DNA of 64,000 nucleotides from Octopus vulgaris (Eukaryota), in contig OX597823.1 of NCBI GenBank assembly GCA_951406725.2, positions 34,534,001 through 34,598,000 of the forward strand. Reading direction: 5' to 3'. The notes beneath the pieces were generated by a model that was not told the DNA's origin, did not search any database, and saw only the letters and a list, made by a program, of their open reading frames with translations. Position 1 is the first letter of the stretch, and each line of letters starts with the position of its first letter. Both the position numbers and the translations under genes were made by a program. Below are positions 54,268 to 64,000 of this stretch, piece after piece.

Positions 54268-54788
54268 ATTTGTACTAAAAATTGATGGGCTGGGCTTAGA
54301 GAGAAGTAATTCCATGCCACGACCTGTAACTAATGAGCTGAGGGGCAAGAAAGAAAGAAAGGCAGAGAAAGGCTGAGAAACAGTTTCAAGCTGTGAGGGT
54401 TTGATGTAAAACAGGACAAGGAGAGGTTGATCAGAGAGTATGTTATACAGTTGATGTGTGTGTGTGTGTGTGGAGGAGGAGGCGTAGAGATATATGCAAC
54501 ATAACGCATACTATAGAAGACGAAAAAAGCGTTTGTTAATTGTAATACATTTGTAAAATAGCAAGCAAAAGTTGTGAACACGAAAGTAATAGGGCTATTT
54601 TTTGTTTGCTTGTTTGTTTGGTTACTGTTTTTTTTTTCTGTTTTCATAAAGATGATCAAATCTTCCTCCTATATTATGAAATATGCGTATAAGTATATAT
54701 GAGTATGTGTGAATGGGTCTGTGAATGTATGTATAAATATATATACATGCATGCATACACGCATATATATCATATATGTGTGTGTGTG

Positions 54789-54824
<36 letters not shown>

Positions 54825-55009
54825 AATCACTCAATCAGTCTATCTATCTATCAATCACTCAATCAGTCTATCTATCTATCTAACTATCAATCTATCTATC
54901 TATCTAACTAATTATCAATCAATCTATCTAACTAATTATCAATCAATCTATCTATCTATCTATCAACCAATCAATCAATCTATCTATCTATCAATCAATC
55001 AGTCAATCT

Positions 55010-55128
<119 letters not shown>

Positions 55129-55191
55129 AATCAATCTATCTATCTATCTATCTCTTTATCTATCCATCCATCCATCCATCCATCCATCCAT

Positions 55192-55229
<38 letters not shown>

Positions 55230-55385
55230 CTTATAATAGAGTGGGCAATAGAAAAATTATTTCAATGCCAATATGCTGAGAACAGACTTTAAATCGTCAA
55301 TTTCCGCATTATAATAGACATATAGATGCACGTCGTGCTGAAATCGAGGAAAGCGAGCCATCAGAATTTTTTTTAAAGTTTGTTA

Positions 55386-55443
55386 TTTCTATATTGAATC
55401 AATTTCGGGATTAATCCTATGGATTTTCCCTCTTCAGTAGAAA
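55386..55443 (-). ncRNA. Type I hammerhead ribozyme motif
   Basis: Minus strand: UUUCUA CUGAAGA GGGA..UCCC GAA AUUG-AUU-CAAU A / UAGAAA; all three stems form, AUA cleavage triplet. Confidence 0.75.
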
Positions 55444-55571
55444 ATACGATAAGAAGCTGGCTAAAGGATTTTACATTTATATATAACTGGGGTACTAATG
55501 TGTACGCATGACTCTTGCTTTTGCTTTTTTCCATGGGTGCGTATAAGTATTTCATTTATTTCTTATCGTAT

Positions 55572-55630
55572 TTTCTACTGAGGAGGGAAAAATCCATAGG
55601 ATTAACCCCGAAATCGATTCAATATAGAAA
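55572..55630 (+). ncRNA. Type I hammerhead ribozyme motif, mirror copy
   Basis: UUUCUA CUGAGGA GGG..CCC GAAAUCGAUUCAAUA / UAGAAA; one mismatch in stem III relative to the left-arm copy. Confidence 0.7.
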
Positions 55631-56090
55631 TAACGAACTTTAAAAAAAAATTCTTTAGGCTCGCTTTCCTCGATTTCAGCACGACGTGTATCTATACTGA
55701 ATGTCTATTATAATGTGAAAATTGACGATTTAAAGTCCGTTCTCAGCATATTGGCATTTAAATAATTTTTCTATTGCCCTTATTTATAAGTTGTTTATAA
55801 TTTTAACCTTTATAGGTACTTTAATATGCTGCCACTTTTGAAGAAATTTTTTCTGAAAAAATTTTATCCTATATTAGTAGTATATATATATATCCTTACC
55901 TTCGAAATGCGGAGTAGATAAAACAGGGGACAACTGATGAAGGGATTGTTCTTTATGTTGCTTGTCTCGTTTCTCTATTTGTTTCTTTCGTTGTTCAGAA
56001 AAGTCAGTTTTCTATGTTTTTGTTTTTTATGTTCTGGTTTCTCATTTTGTTCACGATGTTTTGATGTGCTGTACCCATATATGCATGAAT

Positions 56091-56742
<652 letters not shown>

Positions 56743-57152
56743 CATGTATGTATATATATTAGGGAATAAATTATTATTCCAACCTTACAGGTTAAATTCA
56801 GTATAATAATATTAGACCCAATTTCGTAATATATAATACATGATATATGTATATAACTAATTTAGAGACGAACCACCATTCTACAACTCAGTCAATGAAG
56901 AACCCGCCTAAAACCGTACTGTGAGACATATACCATACACAATACTAATCAAAAATTTTAATAATATATAATATTGAACAATAAAATTATTACAATCATA
57001 TAATATATAAGAGCAAATACTTTAAAATCACATCAAAATATCATAAAAAGAAACATTCATCATAAAAATATTAATCTAAAATCAAATAAAGTATAAATTG
57101 AACAATAAAAATTAATACAATAAAATAATGTATAAAAGTAAGTTCTTGTACA

Positions 57153-57272
57153 TCGACTACGCGCGTTTCATGGCTGCATTAGGACTATATAAAATCCTAT
57201 AAGCAAACCATATCCAAGTTCATTAGAACGGGGAAATGATTTTACTCCCCAAACAGTCACTCCTCAGGTCAA
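57153..57272 (-). ncRNA. Type I hammerhead ribozyme motif with extended stem II
   Basis: Minus strand: UUGAC CUGAGGA GUGACUG..CAGCCAU GAAAC-GCGC-GUA / GUCGA; palindromic loop 3. Confidence 0.72.
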
Positions 57273-57469
57273 ATTCCTAAAAAAAAACTAAAAACTAAAA
57301 GTTTATCTTACCTCATATGATAAAGAATGAAAAAAATGAGCAATATAAAATATATACATAAAGAAATAAAACCTGTAATGTAATCCCTAAGTTAATGACA
57401 TTAATATTATTAAAGGTTACGAACTAAAATATTCGAATAGAGTTTATTGTAACATGATTAATTCATGAA

Positions 57470-57652
57470 TCATGGCGTGCTGAAATCTACAAGTTTTTTT
57501 CATTCTCTCTCTGTTTATTTTCTATTCCTTTCTGCTGAAGAGCGTATGCTCGAAACGTAAAAGACTTTTTCACTTTCCCGAGCGTAAAAATAATACACTT
57601 GCTTGTTGTTCATACACCTGTCTTCGTCTTTTGTTTTTCTATAAATTTCAAG
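57470..57652 (+). mobile_element. PLE pseudo-LTR fragment, related family
   Basis: CTTT CTGCTGA AGAGC-GTAT-GCTC GAAACGTA AAAG..CCGAGCGT..TAATA followed by (TA)n. Confidence 0.62.
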
Positions 57653-57878
57653 TATATATATATATATATATATCATTTTTCATCTTCCCGTTTACAACCA
57701 ATGCTGAATGAGAAATAAGATGGTCTTCAGTGCCATTTGGCTTCTATCTCTAGCGTGTTGGAATGGTTAATCCGATCCCTTCAATATAATTATGTATATA
57801 ATTATAAATTTAGCATATAAAATTACCTACGAGGTTTATAAAGTGATTTTATTATATATATATATAATTAAGAATAAA

Positions 57879-57917
<39 letters not shown>

Positions 57918-58317
57918 CATACATATTGAGGGGAAAACAAGAAGAAGAAAATGGAGAATAAATGGATGTAAATACTGATGTATTTGCATGATGTTGTAGA
58001 ACGATGACTTTTTTGGGGAATAAAACATTAGAAATAATTAAATAAATTGATTGGAAGTTGAAACCGCAAAAAAAGTTAAGAAAATCTAAGAAGAACCTAC
58101 ATACATGTTTCTATCGAACCGTTTAGTTGATGGGAATCTCCAAGCATGTTGTTTAATGTCAAGGAAGTTGCCACATTCATACTATATTATGATAGGACTT
58201 CTTCAGGTTTGAAAAAGAGCTAACGCAACTTAGGTGATCATTATTTTTTAAAAAAACAGTCATCAGTCGACAACATGCAAATAAATCGATATTTACATGT
58301 AAATCAGTAATTATATA

Positions 58318-58687
58318 CTAGCAATGCATCCCGGCGTTGTCCGGTTGTTATGACCTACAAGCACATTGTATTATTTGCTCCTTTCTTATGAGCAGAATCG
58401 GCACAGCTGATATATAGCTAATGGCATAATGGAAGTTATTGTTTGTTTAATAGTGAAGGGGAGGAGGGTACAATTTGCATGGGTTTGCATGAAAGTGCTT
58501 TCTGTTCTTAAGAAGGATCAGAAACCATGCATTGATTCGTCGTATAAAAGGGCGTTAATGCGATTTTGTCCAGAAATCATGTTTTTAAAATTTTAATTTT
58601 ACCCTATCTCCACCGCAATTTCTTAATTTGTAACGTTTTTCGATTTTTTTTATCTACGTAGAAAAATACAGAGATTAGGAACCTGGG

Positions 58688-58755
<68 letters not shown>

Positions 58756-59307
58756 ATGAAATACTCAATGCACCTTTCCCCTCCTCACCCATCCTTGACC
58801 TACCAGCTTTCAAAAAGCTAAAATCTCCCAATGTTTCACGCATGTGTAGAATTCTACTGAAATAGCAAACGTAAAAAATACCAGACCACCACCAGAAAAC
58901 CCGACATGCTAGAAACAACAGGTAAATGACATTATTTCTGAAGAAACTTTCCCGCTTTCCAAAAAGCTTAAAATGAAACATTGGGAGTGTGTAGCTTTTT
59001 GAAAGTGGTGAGGTGTTAGGTAAAATTCTAAAAGATTCGTACGCTCTGTTCTTCTCCATGGATTACCAAGAATAAAAATTTGAAAAAAGTAAAAATTGAA
59101 TTTAGTGTGGAGAGGGAGAAAATTAAAATATTGAGAACGTGTTTTATGGGTGAAATCCTAATCTCCTGTGTTGCAATTATAGGAATCGGGGGAAAAAGTA
59201 GGAAAAAAATAAGGGTGTGATGCAGAAATATCACCTCGGACAAGCTAGAAAGTAGAGGTAAAGAACAGGATTTGGGGGAAAACTTCCTTTTAAGTTTATA
59301 TTGAAGA
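58318..59307 (-). mobile_element. Non-autonomous Helitron
   Basis: 3' end CCGGACAACGCCGGG..CTAG|T at 58318; probable 5' TC at ~59307. Confidence 0.6.
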
Positions 59308-59670
59308 TCAGGTTTTTAAATACGCTCATCACAAACACAAATTACACAATAGAAAAATATCATTTCAATTGGATTTGAGTAGTAAATTTGTGCGTGCACA
59401 CTGCAAGAAATAACATAATTCGCACAGAACTTTTACCGTGTGTGTGTGTGTCAAAGGAAGTTATTTTATGGCATTCTTTCGTTTAAAGAATTAAAGTTGT
59501 CAACTCGACATACATGGGATCATATGTTTGTTCGTTAATTTCCGTAAAATTGCTTTAATTTTTGTATGCTTCGAAGACAGCAGAAATTGAAAGAGAGGAT
59601 AAAGTGAAAAGGCAACATTTGCTTTGAAGTGAGAGGAGAAAGTGTAAGATGTACGTTATATGAAATGGAC

Positions 59671-59706
<36 letters not shown>

Positions 59707-59774
59707 GAAAGAGAGAGTGAGTGAATGAAGTTGTGTGTTGTGATGTATGAATTTTTTGCATGCATGTGTAAGTA

Positions 59775-59829
<55 letters not shown>

Positions 59830-61341
59830 TATATTTCATATAAATTACATATATAGGCGGAGGTAAGGAATACGCACACCACCCTGACCGGCGTAACCCT
59901 AACCCTAAACACCAGGAGCTGTGAAACAAGTTTAAGGTTGTTATCTCGAACACGAATGATTTTAATAGGGATCACCAACCATAAGGATGGCTACTTCATT
60001 AAATGTGGGCTCATTAAAACAGCGTAAAATGTTCTTTACTATAGTTTACTATAGACGTAATGTATTGATAAAATTGAAAACAGCCAAACGTACTCACACG
60101 GAGTTCAAGCGAAACGAAATGTAGTCAATATAGGTGCAAAACACTTCTAAGAAAAAAACAAACAAAAAAGAACGAAAACCGAACTATAAGAGTGGAATGT
60201 CACCAATTTAGCAAAAGTTAGTATGCGTCACCAATGTAAGGAAGTAGAGGAAGCCAACATTTATGTGGAACTTGTACTAAATGTTATAAAATTCACGATT
60301 GAATGAATGTCGCGGTGAAGAAAAGGAAAGTCTAAGAACATTCAGAAGGCATAATTCAATTTTTCATACAAAAATAATTTATTTTAAAATTTTGAAACGA
60401 ACGCCCAACCAAGTGTATAGAAAGGAAGATACTGTTGTTGTGAACGTTAATTTAAAATATTTGCTGAAGAACGTATATAGCAAGATATAAATTAATTTGA
60501 CATTACTATATATTTTTTAACTGTGTAACATTAGAATAAATACTAGAATAAATACTAACGCAGTAAAAAGGTTGTGCAACGTTGATACTTACAGTGATGA
60601 ACAAGCATAGGAGGAAAACAAGGACTGTTAAAAAAAACATTTTCTTGAAACTGGTTAGGAGTGGAATAACATTTGTGTAATTATAGTGAAAGAACCGCTG
60701 AGGCTGTCTACTTCACCAAGTTTCCGAATTTGCAATAATAACCAGAATAGCGGGGTTTTTTCCAGGTATATTTGCGAGTATTGTGAGTGGTGTTAAATCA
60801 GCCAAATGTTCATGTTGGTAGTACTTGAAAGTGAATGTTATTGTTAGTTTAAAGCCCAGACCGCAAGTAAACTTTCGATATCGGTGCGTTTCACTGTTTG
60901 AGTGGGGAGTTACATACATAAACTAAGACACACACATACTCACATACATTAACGCTCACCTGAAGCCTATCTCTGTCCCTGTGTGTGCCTGTCTCTGTCT
61001 TTAGATGTGTGGTTATGTGATAGTCGTCACAAAAATGTATACATACTGACAGACACATACACCGTCACACACATGTAGATAACGAACGTATGAACACACT
61101 CACATAGAAAATGTGACATCATCGTCGTTGTAGAGGTGATATAAAATGTTGTTTACGACAGGTGACTAAAAGAAAAATGATAATGTTAAATTTTTGTAAT
61201 GCAAATATGTGAATGAAAATATAGTTTAATTGGTAGCCGAAAGCTTATTGAATAATTTGATACCCCATACGTCATAATCGGCAATTCGGTTTTGGAATGC
61301 ATATGGAACATACGCGCACAGCACACACAAACTCTCTTTAC

Positions 61342-61955
<614 letters not shown>

Positions 61956-61959
<4 letters not shown>

Positions 61960-63144
61960 GTCATCCCATAAATAATGCGGTTTTTTATGCCTTTATTCTT
62001 GTTTAATTTAAAATATACTCTCCTTCATTTTCTACAATGCTCTTACAAGACCCCTCTTCTAAAGTTCACTTGTCTGTGACGAAAAGTACTCCCCCTTACT
62101 GGTCTGACCTCGTCTACAGAATTCATAATTTTTCTGTCCAAATGATTTTGAAGACTGCGGAATAAATGATAAGCAGATGGAGCAATGTCCGACGAATATG
62201 GTTGGTGGGGCATCGTTTCCCATTCAAACTACTCCAGCCTTTGGAATGTCATCATTGCTGTATTTGGCCTAGCAATATCCTGATGGAAGAACACCTTTCG
62301 TCTTGAAACCAAAGATGGTCATTTTTCTTTTAGTGCTGACTTAAACCATTCAAACTGCTCACAGTAGATCTCCTTTGTTATCGTTTGGTTTGGATTTAAA
62401 AGTTCGAAAAGGGCTAAACCTTTCATATCCCACTAAGTAGATGACAACACTTTACGTGGGTAAAGACCTTCTGTAGCCTGAGGTGTCGGTGTTTCTCCGT
62501 TCCCTTTCGGCGCTTAATATTTTTATATAGGACCCATTTCTCGTCACCAGCCTATTCGGTTCAAAAACAGGTTCATTCATGAGACGGGACAGCAAAGAAG
62601 AGTACACATCCACTCTCTACGCGCGATTAGACTCAGAAAGTTTGTGAGGAGCCCATTGACCCAAATTGCTGACTTTCCCGATGGCACACAGGTGTCGATG
62701 AATGGTTGAATGACCAAATCCAAGCTTCTCTGCTAGTTCATCAATAGTTACGATGGAATTTTGTTCCATCAGGGTTTACAGGACGTCCTCTACAGATCTT
62801 TCAGGACGAGGCTCATCTTGAAGGCTATAGTTTCCGGGTCCGAATTTCTGAAACCATCATTGACACTAGCTTACGCTTATTGTCCGATCCCCATATACTG
62901 AATTAATATTACTCGTACTTTCTGTTGCATTGTTGCTTTTATTGAACTCATAAAACAAAATATGCTCCTTTGTCATTTCCATTATAGCTTTGAAAAAATA
63001 ACTGTTAAAATCGAACTGCACTCTTCAAGACTTGCATTAAAATAAATAAAAGGTAAAATTACTACCTGCTTTTATAGCAAGTTGACGCAGGTAGTTTATC
63101 CCCCCCCCTCCCGACTTTTAGTTCATGCAATTGAAAAAAACCGC

Positions 63145-63148
<4 letters not shown>
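61956..63148 (-). mobile_element. mariner element, decayed transposase
   Basis: Left TIR TTGGGTCATCCCATAAATAATGCGGTTTTTT, partial right TIR AAAAAACCGCATTA; WETMPHQPYSSDIAPSAYHLFRSLQNHL and WAPHKL motifs; (TA)n flanks. Confidence 0.88.
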
Positions 63149-63213
<65 letters not shown>

Positions 63214-63254
63214 ATTTGAGGGAATATTATATATATATGATATAATATATATTA

Positions 63255-63323
<69 letters not shown>

Positions 63324-63552
63324 AAATGAAATAAATGAAAAACAGGACGCAAAGGATTTTGCGGTACATATGTTTCGGGTTTATAGAACAACTTATTCTT
63401 ACATCAATGTTCTATAAACCCGAAACATATGTACCGCAAAATCCTTTGCGTCCTGTTTTTCATTTATTTCATTTAATACATATATCCTATCACCTATGCC
63501 ACTAGCTGGCATATACAGGTGCTTACATTTATCAAGTATTCATCCTGAATTT
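63324..63552. mobile_element. Short fold-back PLE-like pseudo-LTR pair
   Basis: Arms 63324-63390 and 63408-63474 are reverse complements; contain the 3' half of a hammerhead (GAAAC-AUAU-GUA); microsatellite flanks. Confidence 0.68.
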
Positions 63553-63553
63553 A

Positions 63554-63609
<56 letters not shown>

Positions 63610-63610
63610 C

Positions 63611-63671
<61 letters not shown>

Positions 63672-63880
63672 ACTCTTTTACTTGTTTCAGTCATTTGACT
63701 GCGGCCATGCTGGAGCACCGCCTTTAGTTGAGCAAATCGACCCCGGGACTTATTCTTTGTAAGCCCAGTACTTATTCTATCGGTCTCTTTTTGCCGAACC
63801 GCTAAGTGACGGGGACGTAAACACACCAGCATCGGTTGTCAAGCGATGGTGGGGGGACAAACACAGGCACACAAACATAT

Positions 63881-63944
<64 letters not shown>

Positions 63945-64000
63945 GACGGGCCTCTTTCAGTTTCCGTCTACCAAATCCACTCACAAGGCATTGGTCGGCC

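Larger units (their letters stand above)
55228..55880. mobile_element. Fold-back PLE pseudo-LTR pair in (TA)n
   Basis: Arms 55228-55455 and 55560-55792 are inverted copies with ~100 bp spacer; hammerhead in each; TA-repeat flanks. Confidence 0.78.

Noticed and set aside
55925-55985. CTGATGA hammerhead-like start between (TA)n tracts
   Set aside because: No GAAA partner or stem III found; at best a decayed PLE fragment.
59893-59908. TAACCC telomere-like repeats (also ~48404-48440)
   Set aside because: Only two or three units; more likely internal to a small DNA element than a telomeric remnant.

Overview
Repeat-saturated, AT-rich animal genomic DNA. The SINE families and microsatellite load resemble an octopus (coleoid cephalopod) genome; this is inference from recall, not a database result. 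Only one host-gene segment is supported: a ~954-nt coding exon of a Hedgehog-interacting-protein-like (HHIPL) gene on the minus strand (53304-52351). I found no downstream exon, so positions 1-52350 may be one very large intron. The rest is transposon debris: several tRNA-derived SINE families, Tx1/L1, R4/Dong and Penelope-like (PLE) retroelement fragments, Helitrons, a Helentron-type HINE, hAT, Chapaev3, mariner/maT and Tigger-like elements, probable solo LTRs, and a U6 snRNA pseudogene. Most ORFs in the track are microsatellite artefacts. The most unusual signals are: (1) about a dozen type I hammerhead-ribozyme or hammerhead-like motifs from several unrelated families, mostly in (TA)n tracts and often in fold-back pairs where the antisense arm is transcribed first; (2) a tRNA-headed element carrying a minimal hammerhead and PLE-style inversion; (3) a Deu/Nin-domain SINE with a Tx1-like alternative tail that recurs at the same site in its own head, building multimers. 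All alignments and foldings were done by eye, so boundaries are approximate.
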